Notes: generated by a model not told the origin, from the letters alone. A DNA stretch of 64,000 nt from Candidatus Taylorbacteria bacterium RIFCSPHIGHO2_01_FULL_46_22b (GCA_001820875.1 MHRF01000010.1:3371-67370); one strand, 5' to 3'. Shown: positions 1-9,775, numbered from the stretch's first letter. Program-made: numbers and translations.

Positions 1-335
1 CCTAGTTTATGCCACAACTGCAATCCAGCCGTAAGATTAGTGGGACCTGTCTCAACTGGTGGCTGACCAAAACTATTTATACTCTCGGTCCCATTTCCTG
101 AAGGAAAATTTGATAGACCTCCAAACTTAATCCACCCAATATTGTCTGACCACGCATAGCCCGTCAGGGCACCGCTGTCTTGCTTAAAAACTCCTCCTCC
201 TGAAATGGGAGGTGCAAGATCAATCCACCCGATTGTATCGGACCATCCATAACCCGTAATCGAAACTGGTGCGGCGAGAGAGTGTAAGGGAAAAATAACC
301 GAGAGTGCTAATACTCCAAGCGTACTCCAGATCAT
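1..335 (-). CDS. Partial CDS (3' end outside window): secreted protein with repeated GYxWSDxIGWIxF motifs
   Basis: Manual minus-strand translation from ATG at 335 gives MIWSTLGVLALSVIFPLHSLAAP (signal-peptide-like), then GYGWSDTIGWIDL and GYAWSDNIGWIKFGG repeats. It runs open to the window edge and was not in the ORF track, which lacks a stop for it. Confidence 0.35.
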   Translation of the reverse strand, partial: MIWSTLGVLALSVIFPLHSLAAPVSITGYGWSDTIGWIDLAPPISGGGVFKQDSGALTGYAWSDNIGWIKFGGLSNFPSGNGTESINSFGQPPVETGPTNLTAGLQLWHKL

Positions 336-369
336 ATTGTGCAAAAAGTAACGCACAATACACGGGAAG

Positions 370-996
370 CTAATTCTGTTTTGCACACATAATGGTAAGA
401 TCGCCGACACCATTATCGAATCCCTGCGTCACACATCCATTCGGGTATGGCCAAACACGCGGTGCATCAACTTTATCCGTAGCCAGAAAACATCCGGTAA
501 TATACCACCCATTAGCACTATTGCATGCCAATCCATCCATGTCAGCGAAATCTGTATCCTGACAAACTGTATTTGATATATCGTCCGTATACGTTGGAGC
601 TCCGCCGTTAGACTTTGGATTAGTACATGGTCTAGAGTGTGCATTCAAACCCGCCCCAACAGTATTAACGGCACTTACGGGACTCTCTCCTAAATATCCT
701 AATCCAAGAAAATAAATAAGGGTTCCAACATCATTTCTAGTAACTTGAACAACCTTAAGAGTTCCCTGTGTGCTTAAACATCTCTCGGGACCTGTGCCAT
801 TAGGTGTTTTGGTGCAAATATCTCCACCCTTTACTTGTTTGCTGTTGCCGACATTAATCGGCGCCGTGACATTACCATCTGGTGGCGACTGCGTTGGACC
901 TGTCCATGCAAACAAATAGCCAATGCCAAGCGAAAAAGTCAGCACGAGAAACGAAAACAGAGACGCTCGCAAAACTTCAAGTGAAATTTTCTTCAT
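370..996 (-). CDS. Hypothetical secreted Cys-rich protein
   Basis: 208-aa ORF with an N-terminal hydrophobic signal/anchor (MKKISLEVLRASLFSFLVLTFSLGIG) and several Cys residues. No recognisable family. Confidence 0.5.
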   Translation of the reverse strand: MKKISLEVLRASLFSFLVLTFSLGIGYLFAWTGPTQSPPDGNVTAPINVGNSKQVKGGDICTKTPNGTGPERCLSTQGTLKVVQVTRNDVGTLIYFLGLGYLGESPVSAVNTVGAGLNAHSRPCTNPKSNGGAPTYTDDISNTVCQDTDFADMDGLACNSANGWYITGCFLATDKVDAPRVWPYPNGCVTQGFDNGVGDLTIMCAKQN

Positions 997-1235
997 AAAA
1001 AGGAAAAGCTATTTATTCGCTCTTAAAATACTTCTTTAGTATATCACGCATAAAAGGTGAAAAAACTGTTGATAACCCTCGATTTTAAGCCATTTATGCG
1101 CCTTCGCGAAAGACTTGATTTTTAGCTTTCATTTTTTGACAAAATATGCTATAATTGGTATAGGAGACAGTTCTCCGAAAGTTTCAATAACCAAGAGTGG
1201 CGTAGGCCCTCACAACCAAGAAAGGAGATCTCGCC

Positions 1236-2267
1236 ATGAAAGCGATTCTTCTGTCAGCATTAGTTCTGGTTGCGGGGACACTTGTCGTCTCCGCACAACA
1301 AGTGAGGGTGGCTTCAATGCCAAACCTCACCTCCCTTCCGCTTGGGTCGCGGGAAGTTCTCAGTGCTCAAGTGGAGAAAGAGTGCACAAAGTTCTTCGTT
1401 GGGGTAAGTCTTCCCAACACCGAGGACTATTACCTCGGGCACCAGTTCCCCTACGATGTTTCGCAGGGACCGCTCTGTGATGCGATCAAGCGAGCGATGG
1501 TTGAAGTCATCGACTACAACCTACGTTCGACTGATCCGCGAACTAATGCGGAAATTGCATTTCTGATCGTCGGAGCCAATGTGGCCCTGAACTCTCCGTT
1601 CTACACGGACAAACGTTTGGAGTCCTTCCCGCTCGTATGGGACAGTCAGGGGAAGTTCGTCCCCTCACCTGAGCTTGGGAAGACACTCACGCGCTGGCCT
1701 CTGGTCAAATGGGTCCCGGTCAGCAACGTGCTAACCAACGTCGAACAGGTGGAGTATATTCTTCGGGACCCGAAAAGGCCTCTCACACAGCCACCAAACA
1801 AATCCAGAAACAGTGCCAATGGGATGGACCCTGGAAGTGTGATCCATGAGTCCACCAAAACAAACGGGCACTTGTATTTGGATCTTGACTTCATCGATCC
1901 GGATATGATCCGATCGAACGGATGGGGTGGAGTGGTACGTTTCTACTACCACTGGGATATCTACAATCCGTATAGCAAGACCTTTGAGGACTACGATGTC
2001 CTCACAGGGCAGAAGGTTCGCTCCACCTTCACCACTCTCGAGATCAAACTCGTCAACGGCCAACCGCAGGTCATCATCAGCGGTTTTCCGGGGACAAAAG
2101 TCGCCCTCGAGACAACGCCAGACCTGAAGGTCTGGACTGAACGAGCGCAGATTACGCTCGACGAGGACGGCACAGGGACGTATCCCCTTCCATCCTACGA
2201 GCCGACGAGGCCAGAGCCTCTGCCGGCAGAGTTCTTCCGGACTCGATACCTGATTCCAGGTCTTTAG
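1236..2267 (+). CDS. Hypothetical secreted protein (GC-rich outlier gene)
   Basis: 343-aa ORF with signal peptide MKAILLSALVLVAGTLVVSAQQ. AAAGGAGA RBS lies 7 nt upstream of the ATG. Markedly higher GC than neighbouring genes, and followed by a strong hairpin terminator. Confidence 0.6.
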   Translation: MKAILLSALVLVAGTLVVSAQQVRVASMPNLTSLPLGSREVLSAQVEKECTKFFVGVSLPNTEDYYLGHQFPYDVSQGPLCDAIKRAMVEVIDYNLRSTDPRTNAEIAFLIVGANVALNSPFYTDKRLESFPLVWDSQGKFVPSPELGKTLTRWPLVKWVPVSNVLTNVEQVEYILRDPKRPLTQPPNKSRNSANGMDPGSVIHESTKTNGHLYLDLDFIDPDMIRSNGWGGVVRFYYHWDIYNPYSKTFEDYDVLTGQKVRSTFTTLEIKLVNGQPQVIISGFPGTKVALETTPDLKVWTERAQITLDEDGTGTYPLPSYEPTRPEPLPAEFFRTRYLIPGL

Positions 2268-2280
2268 TCCGAATTTCACA

Positions 2281-2316
2281 GGGGTCGCAACTACGGTTGC
2301 GACCCCTCTTCTTTTT
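2281..2316 (+). terminator. Rho-independent terminator
   Basis: Stem ggggtcgcaac/gttgcgacccc with loop tacg, followed by a T-run (ctcttctttttcc). Confidence 0.6.
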
Positions 2317-2338
2317 CCACAAATCAAAACATTGAAAA

Positions 2339-2366
2339 TTGACAAACAGGATCAATTTTGTATACT
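2339..2366 (+). promoter_or_regulatory. Candidate sigma70-type promoter for nusA
   Basis: TTGACA (2339-2344), 16-nt spacer, TATACT (2361-2366) with TG immediately upstream. A GC hairpin plus T-run (about 2386-2410) lies in the leader before the nusA start. Confidence 0.4.
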
Positions 2367-2464
2367 ACTCAATGTGAAGTTCGCCCACCGGCGGGCTTTT
2401 TTAGTAACCAGTAAGAAGGTAGAGGTATAATAGAAAAATAAACACTACTCGTTAACAATCAATT

Positions 2465-3628
2465 ATGTTATTCGATCTCAAAGTCATAAAGTCGGTACTC
2501 GATCAATTACAAGAGGAACGAGGTATCCCAAAAGAAAAGGTGCTCGAAGCCATCGCGATGGCGCTCGCGACTGCGTACAAAAAAGAGTACGGGAAAAAGG
2601 GGCAGATCGTCCGAGCAACATTTGATCCCGAAACTGGAAAAACTGATTTTTATCAGGTGAAAGTGGTCGTGGATCCAACAAAAGTAATTATGGAAGATGA
2701 GGAGATTGAAGAGGAAACAAAAAACGAAGCAGGAGATATAGAAAAAATCCGTTTCAATTCCGAACATCATATTCTCTTGGACGATGCGAAAAAAATAAAA
2801 GGAGACGCAAAAATTGATGACGAGATTGTCTTCCCACTTGAGACCAAGTCTGACTACGGCCGTATTGCTGCCCAGACTGCAAAACAAGTGATTATCCAAA
2901 AGATTCGCGAGGCCGAAAAAACTTCAGTCATGGAGGAATTCGGCAAGCGACAAGGTGAGGTCGTGAGCGGAACCGTTCAGCGTATTGAACGTGGGAACTT
3001 GTTTGTTGATATGGGACGCACCAACGCGATCTTGCCGTATGAAGAACAAATCCCTGGGGAACGCTACCGACAAGGAGAACGTATCCGTGCATACCTATAC
3101 AAAGTTGAAGAAACACCTAAAGGCGTGTTCCTCAAACTTTCCCGCGCGCATCCAAAATTCTTGGAGAAACTGTTCTCTATCGAAACACCTGAAATAGCTA
3201 ATGGAGTCGTGGAAATCAAAGCCATTGCCCGTGAAGCCGGCTCGCGATCAAAAGTTGCGGTGGTATCTCATGACTCACACGTTGACCCTGTTGGTTCACT
3301 CGTTGGCCAACGCGGTGTCCGTGTTTCGACTGTCATGTCAGAGCTCGGCGGAGAAAAGATAGACATTATTGAGTGGTCTGCCAATCCTAAGCAATTTATT
3401 GAAGACGCGCTCTCCCCTGCTCGAGTAATCTCGGTTGAAGTGATTGACGAAACACAAATGCAGGCTAAAGTAACGGTAGCAGGCGACCAGCAATCACTTG
3501 CTATCGGCAAAGGAGGACAAAATGTGCGCCTTGCAGCCAAACTCACCGGCTGGCGCATTGATATTCAATCGTCTGATGTGCCCGAAGGAGCAAACCCTTC
3601 TGAAGCTGATGGCGCAAAATCAGCGTAA
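2465..3628 (+). CDS. nusA: Transcription termination/antitermination factor NusA
   Basis: 387 aa. N-terminal MLFDLKVIKSVLDQLQEERGIPKEKVLEAIAMAL, an S1-like region and tandem KH regions (GQRGVRVSTVMSELGGEKIDIIEWS; IGKGGQNVRLAAKLTGWRIDI) match the NusA family. Confidence 0.9.
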   Translation: MLFDLKVIKSVLDQLQEERGIPKEKVLEAIAMALATAYKKEYGKKGQIVRATFDPETGKTDFYQVKVVVDPTKVIMEDEEIEEETKNEAGDIEKIRFNSEHHILLDDAKKIKGDAKIDDEIVFPLETKSDYGRIAAQTAKQVIIQKIREAEKTSVMEEFGKRQGEVVSGTVQRIERGNLFVDMGRTNAILPYEEQIPGERYRQGERIRAYLYKVEETPKGVFLKLSRAHPKFLEKLFSIETPEIANGVVEIKAIAREAGSRSKVAVVSHDSHVDPVGSLVGQRGVRVSTVMSELGGEKIDIIEWSANPKQFIEDALSPARVISVEVIDETQMQAKVTVAGDQQSLAIGKGGQNVRLAAKLTGWRIDIQSSDVPEGANPSEADGAKSA

Positions 3629-3661
3629 TTAATTTTTTATTACTTTTAAAACGTACCTATC

Positions 3662-5659
3662 ATGAACCCGTTCGTGTTATTTGCTCTCATTAGTTCAGTA
3701 ATCGCAATCATCTACGGTCTTATACTTGCATACAATATAAACAAGCAGCCTGCCGGAAATGCACGTATGCAGGAGATTTCGTCCGCAATCCGCGAAGGTG
3801 CAAAAGCCTATTTGAATCGCCAGTACAAAACGATTGGGGCAATCGCTATTATTCTCACACTCATTCTTGGCGCCTCGCTTGGTTTGAAAATGGCAGCTGG
3901 ATTCTTGGTCGGCGCCATTTTCTCAGCTCTCGCAGGCTATATTGGAATGAACGTCTCTGTTCGCGCAAACGTACGCACAGCTGAAGCCGCACGCAAAGGA
4001 TTGGGAGCAGCGCTCTCCCTTGCTTTCCGCGGAGGTGCAGTCACCGGACTCTTAGTCGTCGGACTTGCACTTCTTGGCGTAACTGGATTTTACGCGATAA
4101 CTGCAGATGTAACGGCACTCATTGGACTTGGATTCGGTGCTTCTCTTATCAGTGTCTTCGCGCGACTTGGAGGCGGAATTTTCACTAAAGCTGCCGACGT
4201 AGGAACTGACCTTGTGGGAAAAGTCGAAGCAGGAATTCCTGAAGATGACCCTCGAAATGCAGGAGTGATCGCAGACAACGTAGGAGACAATGTCGGCGAC
4301 TGCGCCGGCATGGCCGCGGACTTGTTTGAGACATATGCAGTTACCTCGGTAGCAACAATGCTTCTTGGTTCTCTGCTTTTCCCTGATTTTGTAAATGCCA
4401 TTCTCTATCCGCTCGTACTTGGCGCAGCCGCTATCATTGCGTCAATTATTGGTACATGGTTCGTGCGCCTCGGAAAAGGGAAAAATATCATGGGAGCTCT
4501 TTACAAAGGACTGATCGCGGCGGGAATTCTTTCGGCGATTGCCTTCTATCCAATCACTGCAATTCTGATGGAGGGAAATGGAGTGTACACAACACTTGAT
4601 CTCTTTATCGCCGCACTCACCGGACTCGTCGTCACTGGACTCTTGGTCTGGATCACCGAGTACTACACTGCAACCAAATACAAGCCAGTGCAATCAATTG
4701 CAGCCGCCTCTCTTTCCGGCCATGGCACCAATATTATCCAAGGTCTTGCTATCTCAATGAAATCGACAGCTCTTCCAGCTCTGGTAATTGTAGGCGGAAT
4801 TCTTATCACCTATCAATTTGCAGGTCTTTATGGAATCGCGGTTGCTGCCATGTCCATGCTTTCCATGGCAGGCATTATTGTCGCTATCGATGCCTATGGC
4901 CCTATCACTGACAATGCAGGGGGTATTGCTGAAATGGCGAATCTCCCGCAGGAAATACGCGACATCACTGATCCACTTGACGCTGTCGGCAACACCACCA
5001 AAGCCGTCACTAAAGGATATGCGATTGGATCGGCAGGATTGGCAGCACTCGTACTCTTTGCTTCGTACACACAAGAATTCGCCAATATGGGGAGCGAACT
5101 CACTTTTGCACTGGGTGATCCGAAAGTCCTTGTCGGATTGTTTATCGGAGGACTTCTCCCCTATTACTTTGCTGCACTCGCGATGGAAGCAGTCGGAAAA
5201 ACTGCCGGAGCAGTCGTCACTGAAGTACGCCGACAATTCAGAGAAATCAAAGGCATTATGGACGGAAGTGCAAAACCAGATTACGCACGAGCCGTTGATA
5301 TCGTCACTAGCGCTGCCATCAAACAAATGATTGTGCCTGCATTGATTCCAGTACTCGCACCAATTGTGGTCGGGTTTGTCCTAGGGCCAGTAGCACTCGG
5401 CGGATTGCTGGTGGGTTCTATCATCACCGGACTCTTTGTTGCAATCTCGATGACGTCAGGCGGTGGCGCATGGGATAACGCAAAAAAATACATTGAATCT
5501 GGTAACCATGGGGGAAAAGGTAGCGAGGCTCACAAAGCGGCCGTTACGGGAGACACCGTCGGTGATCCGTATAAAGATACGGCGGGGCCTGCGATTAATC
5601 CTATGATCAAGATATTAAATATTGTTGCTCTGCTTTTGGTAGGTCTTCTCGCCAAGTAA
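3662..5659 (+). CDS. hppA: Membrane-bound proton-translocating pyrophosphatase (H+-PPase)
   Basis: 665 aa, polytopic. Hallmark motifs [55 protein letters not shown] and [16 protein letters not shown]. Confidence 0.92.
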   Translation: MNPFVLFALISSVIAIIYGLILAYNINKQPAGNARMQEISSAIREGAKAYLNRQYKTIGAIAIILTLILGASLGLKMAAGFLVGAIFSALAGYIGMNVSVRANVRTAEAARKGLGAALSLAFRGGAVTGLLVVGLALLGVTGFYAITADVTALIGLGFGASLISVFARLGGGIFTKAADVGTDLVGKVEAGIPEDDPRNAGVIADNVGDNVGDCAGMAADLFETYAVTSVATMLLGSLLFPDFVNAILYPLVLGAAAIIASIIGTWFVRLGKGKNIMGALYKGLIAAGILSAIAFYPITAILMEGNGVYTTLDLFIAALTGLVVTGLLVWITEYYTATKYKPVQSIAAASLSGHGTNIIQGLAISMKSTALPALVIVGGILITYQFAGLYGIAVAAMSMLSMAGIIVAIDAYGPITDNAGGIAEMANLPQEIRDITDPLDAVGNTTKAVTKGYAIGSAGLAALVLFASYTQEFANMGSELTFALGDPKVLVGLFIGGLLPYYFAALAMEAVGKTAGAVVTEVRRQFREIKGIMDGSAKPDYARAVDIVTSAAIKQMIVPALIPVLAPIVVGFVLGPVALGGLLVGSIITGLFVAISMTSGGGAWDNAKKYIESGNHGGKGSEAHKAAVTGDTVGDPYKDTAGPAINPMIKILNIVALLLVGLLAK

Positions 5660-5671
5660 TCTTTATACGGA

Positions 5672-5770
5672 TCGGGGAAGGGGTCGGGAAACGGGAGTTT
5701 CCCGTGTCGGAGAGCAGTTCCGAGTCTTCGAGGAACGTTGAGAACCGTGGGTTCTCAAGAAGCGAAACGA
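5672..5770. repeat. About 100-bp double-hairpin repeat element, copy A
   Basis: Contains hairpins gggaaac-ggga-gtttccc and ttgagaacc-gtg-ggttctcaa. Homologous in inverted orientation to 38845-38955. Lies between the hppA stop and a duplicated hppA 3' fragment. Confidence 0.5.
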
Positions 5771-5774
5771 CGAT

Positions 5775-5869
5775 TTGTATAAAGATACGGCGGGGCCTGC
5801 GATTAATCCTATGATTAAAATACTGAACATTGTAGCGCTACCATTAGTCGGACTCTTGGCAAAGTAAAA
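5775..5869 (+). pseudogene. Orphan duplicate of the hppA 3' end (last ~31 codons plus stop)
   Basis: 5775-5869 re-encodes [29 protein letters not shown]. The first ~40 nt are identical to 5565-5605; the rest differs at about 14 synonymous sites and one non-synonymous site (L to P). Confidence 0.6.
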
Positions 5870-5995
5870 GAATCTCCTCTAGAAAAACCTAAGCTTTCAC
5901 AGCTTGGGTTTTTCTTTTTATGCCTTGTTGCAACTCACACTCATCAAGTATAATAGGTGACACAACGAGAGCATATTAGAAAAAATTTTATCTAC

Positions 5996-6796
5996 ATGAA
6001 TATCATCAAAACTGCCGGACTTTTAGGCGCACTAATACTCACTGCATCAGCATCAGTAGTGTCTGCTGAAACAGACGCAGTAGGTACAGCAAATACAACT
6101 CAGTATAAAACTGCATCTACAACGCTTCGCGAGAAAGCCTTGTATGAAAAAGAACTCTTGCAGAAACAACGAGAAGAAATGCAAGCAAAAAATGCTGCTG
6201 CACGTGAACAAATAAAAAATACGGCATCAACCACAAGAGCTGATGTAAAAGAAAAAGTCCAGACGACTCGTGAACAAATAAAAAATACCGCATCGACTAC
6301 TCGATCAGATATACAAGACAGGGCACAAGCAGCACGCGAACAAATCAAGAACAATGCTTCAACTACGCGAGCCGCTATCAAAGCGCGTCTTGACGAACAG
6401 CGCCAGCGCATGATTACCGCGTACGGAGAAAGAACCGTAAATCGATTCAATGCCGCAATAGAAAGACTCACCAATATTGCAGATCGGATCGGCTCACGAC
6501 TTGATAAGCTCGCAGCAGAGGGAATTTCAGTCGACACCGCCCGCGCAAAACTAGCCGTTGCACGAACAGCCATTGCTGACGCAGCAGCCTCGATCGGAAG
6601 TATTATTGACGCAATTGGCACACTCAATGCGTCCGATGATCCAAAAACAGAACTCGAAAGTGTGCGCACAATTATCAAGTCTGTTGAAGAAAAGATAAAG
6701 AAGGCGCATGAAGCGCTCGTAGAAGCCCTTAACTCGGTACAACCTAGAATTAATCGGGCTACCTCCACTCCAGAAAATAACAATGGATCAAATTAA
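5996..6796 (+). CDS. Hypothetical secreted coiled-coil protein with tandem REQIKNTASTTR repeats
   Basis: ATG at 5996 follows a TATAAT-like box at 5948-5953; the ORF-track start at 5957 is GTG. Signal peptide MNIIKTAGLLGALILTASASVVSAETDA. Three approximately 21-aa tandem repeats (AREQIKNTASTTRADVKEKVQTT...). Confidence 0.55.
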   Translation: MNIIKTAGLLGALILTASASVVSAETDAVGTANTTQYKTASTTLREKALYEKELLQKQREEMQAKNAAAREQIKNTASTTRADVKEKVQTTREQIKNTASTTRSDIQDRAQAAREQIKNNASTTRAAIKARLDEQRQRMITAYGERTVNRFNAAIERLTNIADRIGSRLDKLAAEGISVDTARAKLAVARTAIADAAASIGSIIDAIGTLNASDDPKTELESVRTIIKSVEEKIKKAHEALVEALNSVQPRINRATSTPENNNGSN

Positions 6797-6815
6797 ATAT
6801 TAATAACAAATAACC

Positions 6816-7166
6816 ATGGACCAAACGCAAATGAACCAGCCGGCTTCTGCCCCACAAACCCCCTCACAACCGATGCCACCAATACAACAAAATCAGAAAT
6901 CGGTTGGTCCCATAATTGGCATCATTATTATTATTGTTGTGCTCTTGGTGGGCGCTCTCTACTTCTGGGGAGGCACATTAAACAAAAGTACTATGCCAAT
7001 TGAATCGCCAGAACAAATTTCTGCTGGCACTGACACTGTGGTAAGCGGACTGCAAACGGTAGGTGTAACAGATTCGCTCGAAGATATCAGCGCCGACCTC
7101 AATGCAACCGATGTCAGTAGTTTAGACGATTCAGATAATATCGAAAGCGTGGTTAACTCGCAGTAA
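6816..7166 (+). CDS. Hypothetical small membrane-anchored protein
   Basis: 116 aa. Pro/Gln-rich N-terminus, one TM helix (IIGIIIIIVVLLVGALYFWGG), acidic C-terminus. Confidence 0.5.
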   Translation: MDQTQMNQPASAPQTPSQPMPPIQQNQKSVGPIIGIIIIIVVLLVGALYFWGGTLNKSTMPIESPEQISAGTDTVVSGLQTVGVTDSLEDISADLNATDVSSLDDSDNIESVVNSQ

Positions 7167-7188
7167 CTCCTTCGGCTATTTCTACATA

Positions 7189-7222
7189 AAACACCTTTGC
7201 ATCTATATGCAAAGGTGTTTTA
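7189..7222 (+). terminator. Rho-independent terminator
   Basis: aaaacacctttgcat-ctat-atgcaaaggtgtttt: a perfect 13-bp stem flanked by an A-run and a T-run (bidirectional). Confidence 0.6.
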
Positions 7223-7271
7223 TGTAATACAGTGGCAAATCAACACGCGGATGTGGTAGACTGAAAAACCT

Positions 7272-8309
7272 ATGGCAAAAATCATCTATACAGTTATCAG
7301 CGAAAAGGAAGCAGGCAAATCGACGAAAGAATTCGAGATTGAAATTCCGACAGAAGAATTCGAAAAATTCAGAAAGCTAGCTCTGCATAAAGCAGTACAA
7401 AACGCCGAGATTTCCGGTTTCCGCAAAGGAAAAGCCCCTGAAGCAATCGTACTTAAGACAGTTGGAGAAATGGCAATACTTCAGGAAGCGGCCGACGAAG
7501 CCATTCACGAAGCAATTATCGGGGTATTGTCAGAAAAACAAATACGATTTATCGGTCAGCCCCACGCAACGCTTACCAAACTTGCGCCGCACAATCCCCT
7601 GCAATTTAAGATTACAGTCGCGCTGGTCCCTGAATTAACCCTTCCTGAATACAAAAAAATTGCTGCCAAAGAAAACGAAAAACCTCTGCCTGAATCTGCC
7701 GTCACCGATGAAGAACTCAAAACATCGCTCGATCACATCAAGAAAATACTCGCGGGACAAACAGGAGAATCACCAAAAGAGACAGTGGTTGTGCCCGAAC
7801 TTACCGACGAGACCGTAAAAAAACTCGGCAACTTCAAGACAGTGGCAGAATTTACCGAAAAACTCCGCGCCGATCTCTTAAGCGACAAGCAGACCCGCAA
7901 TCGCGAGAAAAGAGTGCTTGAGATTATCGAAAACATCGTTTCGAATACCAAAGGAGATATTCCGGAAGCACTCGTAGAACATGAGTTGGATAGAATTGAA
8001 TCGGAGTTTATGCACGACATTGAGCGGATCGGCATGAAACCAGAGGAATATCTCAAAAAAATTAATAAGACAAAAGAAGTCTTGCGAAAAGAGTGGTTCG
8101 GAAATGCAGAAAAACGGGCGAAGTTTGAATTAGTTCTCCCCCGCATTGCTGCCGCAGAAAAAATTACTGTTCCAGCAGAAGACATCGAACGCGAAACGAC
8201 TCACCTGCTTGAACACTACAAAGATGCAGACAAAGAAACAGCAAAACTCTATATTGAGCGCACACTCTTGCGACAGCATGTGCTCAAGTTCTTGGAAAAC
8301 CAGAAATAG
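7272..8309 (+). CDS. tig: Trigger factor, short form lacking the FKBP/PPIase domain
   Basis: The N-terminal ribosome-binding domain contains GFRKGKAP. The C-terminal arm domain follows directly, with no PPIase segment between them. The conserved tig-clpP neighbourhood is present. Confidence 0.78.
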   Translation: MAKIIYTVISEKEAGKSTKEFEIEIPTEEFEKFRKLALHKAVQNAEISGFRKGKAPEAIVLKTVGEMAILQEAADEAIHEAIIGVLSEKQIRFIGQPHATLTKLAPHNPLQFKITVALVPELTLPEYKKIAAKENEKPLPESAVTDEELKTSLDHIKKILAGQTGESPKETVVVPELTDETVKKLGNFKTVAEFTEKLRADLLSDKQTRNREKRVLEIIENIVSNTKGDIPEALVEHELDRIESEFMHDIERIGMKPEEYLKKINKTKEVLRKEWFGNAEKRAKFELVLPRIAAAEKITVPAEDIERETTHLLEHYKDADKETAKLYIERTLLRQHVLKFLENQK

Positions 8310-8313
8310 AATC

Positions 8314-9015
8314 CTAGAGGAGAATCAGAGAGGAGATTGCGATGGCGGCGGTTTCACTTCGGAGTATCAAGTTGCTGAATGAGAGAATCGGCACGTTTTT
8401 TTGCTTGAATAAATCGATTTCACGGTCGCTCCAGCCTCCTTCAGGGCCAATAAACACTGCAAGATGCTGTTCGTTAATGAAATCGAGTTTGTTGAATCGT
8501 GGCGCATCAGGATGAAACACAACGGACTTCGCATCATACTGCCCGAATGATTCCTCAAGTTTCATCACTTCGTAAAATTTGGGAAGTGTCGGGCGGCCAC
8601 ACTGCTCACTTGCTTCCACCACAATCTTTTTGCATCGCGGGAAGTTTAAACTCTTTTTTTCGCTACGATCTGCAAGAATCGGCATGAACCGAGATACACC
8701 AAGCTCGGTGCCTTTTTGTAAAACCCATTCAAATTTGTCATTTTTGATCAACGATTGGAACAAAAAAACCTCTTGAGAAACCTGATTCTTGCTTTCAAGC
8801 TCTTTGCGAACAACAAGTGTAGCGCCACCGGGAGAAATTCCTGAAAATTCGCAGACAAATTCTGAACCTGAATCATCGAGCAACACCACTTGATCTCCTG
8901 TATTGAATCGGAATACCCGTAGCCATTGGTGAATCTTCTCGGGATCGGCAATAAGCAGTTCCTGCCCCACCTGTTTGCCTAACTTCTGTTCAATAAAAAA
9001 ATGATGTAGACGCAT
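8314..9015 (-). CDS. rsmE: 16S rRNA (uracil1498-N3)-methyltransferase RsmE
   Basis: 233 aa. MRLHHFFIEQKLGKQVGQELLIADPEKIHQWLRVFRFNTGDQVVLLDDSGSEF is typical of the RsmE N-terminal PUA-like domain, followed by a SPOUT fold. Confidence 0.85.
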   Translation of the reverse strand: MRLHHFFIEQKLGKQVGQELLIADPEKIHQWLRVFRFNTGDQVVLLDDSGSEFVCEFSGISPGGATLVVRKELESKNQVSQEVFLFQSLIKNDKFEWVLQKGTELGVSRFMPILADRSEKKSLNFPRCKKIVVEASEQCGRPTLPKFYEVMKLEESFGQYDAKSVVFHPDAPRFNKLDFINEQHLAVFIGPEGGWSDREIDLFKQKNVPILSFSNLILRSETAAIAISSLILL

Positions 9016-9130
9016 CGCTTCATTTTACCTTGTTCACCCACAAACAAAAAGGTAACTAGTGTGCACTGATGGCAAATAAGAAAATTTTTTGTTATACTGC
9101 ACGAGCATTATTCAGATATACATTTCCCCT

Positions 9131-9730
9131 ATGAAAAACCCTTCAAACCAAATTTTGATACCGACGGTTATCGAAAAAACAAGCTATGGCGAGCGGTCAT
9201 TTGATATATACTCACGCCTCCTGAAAGATCGGATTATTTTTCTCGGAGGACCTATTGACGATCATGTTGCGAATATCATTGTCGCGCAACTTCTCTTCCT
9301 TCAGTCGGAAGATTCAAAAAAAGACATCTCTCTCTACGTAAATTCTCCGGGGGGACAAATCACTTCGGGTCTGGCAATCATCGACACCATGAACCACATA
9401 AAGCCGGCCGTTTCGACTGTTTGCGTAGGCATGGCTGCTTCCATGGGAGCGGTCATACTTGCATCAGGCGCTAAAGGAAAGCGGTATGCGCTTCCCAACG
9501 CAGAAATCATGATTCACCAACCGCACGGAGGAGCGGAGGGACAAGCAACAGATATCGAAATCAGTGCTCGGCGCATAATAAAAAATCGTGAGATACTCAA
9601 TGAAATTCTTGCACAAACAACCGGACAACCTGTCTCAAAGATAGAAAAAGATGTTGATCGCGACTTCTTCATGTCTGCCGAGGAATCAAAGAAATACGGC
9701 ATTATAGACGAAATATTCAAGACCAAATAG
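9131..9730 (+). CDS. clpP: ATP-dependent Clp protease proteolytic subunit
   Basis: Start taken at MKNPSNQ. Motifs [65 protein letters not shown] include the catalytic Ser and His context. Confidence 0.9.
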   Translation: MKNPSNQILIPTVIEKTSYGERSFDIYSRLLKDRIIFLGGPIDDHVANIIVAQLLFLQSEDSKKDISLYVNSPGGQITSGLAIIDTMNHIKPAVSTVCVGMAASMGAVILASGAKGKRYALPNAEIMIHQPHGGAEGQATDIEISARRIIKNREILNEILAQTTGQPVSKIEKDVDRDFFMSAEESKKYGIIDEIFKTK

Positions 9731-9743
9731 ACACGCCCAACTA

Positions 9744-9775
9744 AAAGGCCTCCGCGATAAACGCGGAGGCCTTTT
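9744..9775 (+). terminator. Rho-independent terminator
   Basis: aaaaggcctccgcg-ataaa-cgcggaggcctttt: perfect stem plus T-run. Confidence 0.6.

Noticed and set aside
4090-5493. Several 60-190-aa ORFs antisense or out of frame within hppA (for example 4754..5326 -, 4818..5330 +)
   Set aside because: They are embedded in a highly conserved H+-PPase coding region. Typical shadow ORFs.
6100-6783. 227-aa minus-strand ORF opposite the coiled-coil repeat protein
   Set aside because: The repeat structure and signal peptide support the plus-strand gene. The antisense ORF is an artefact of repetitive Ala/Arg codons.
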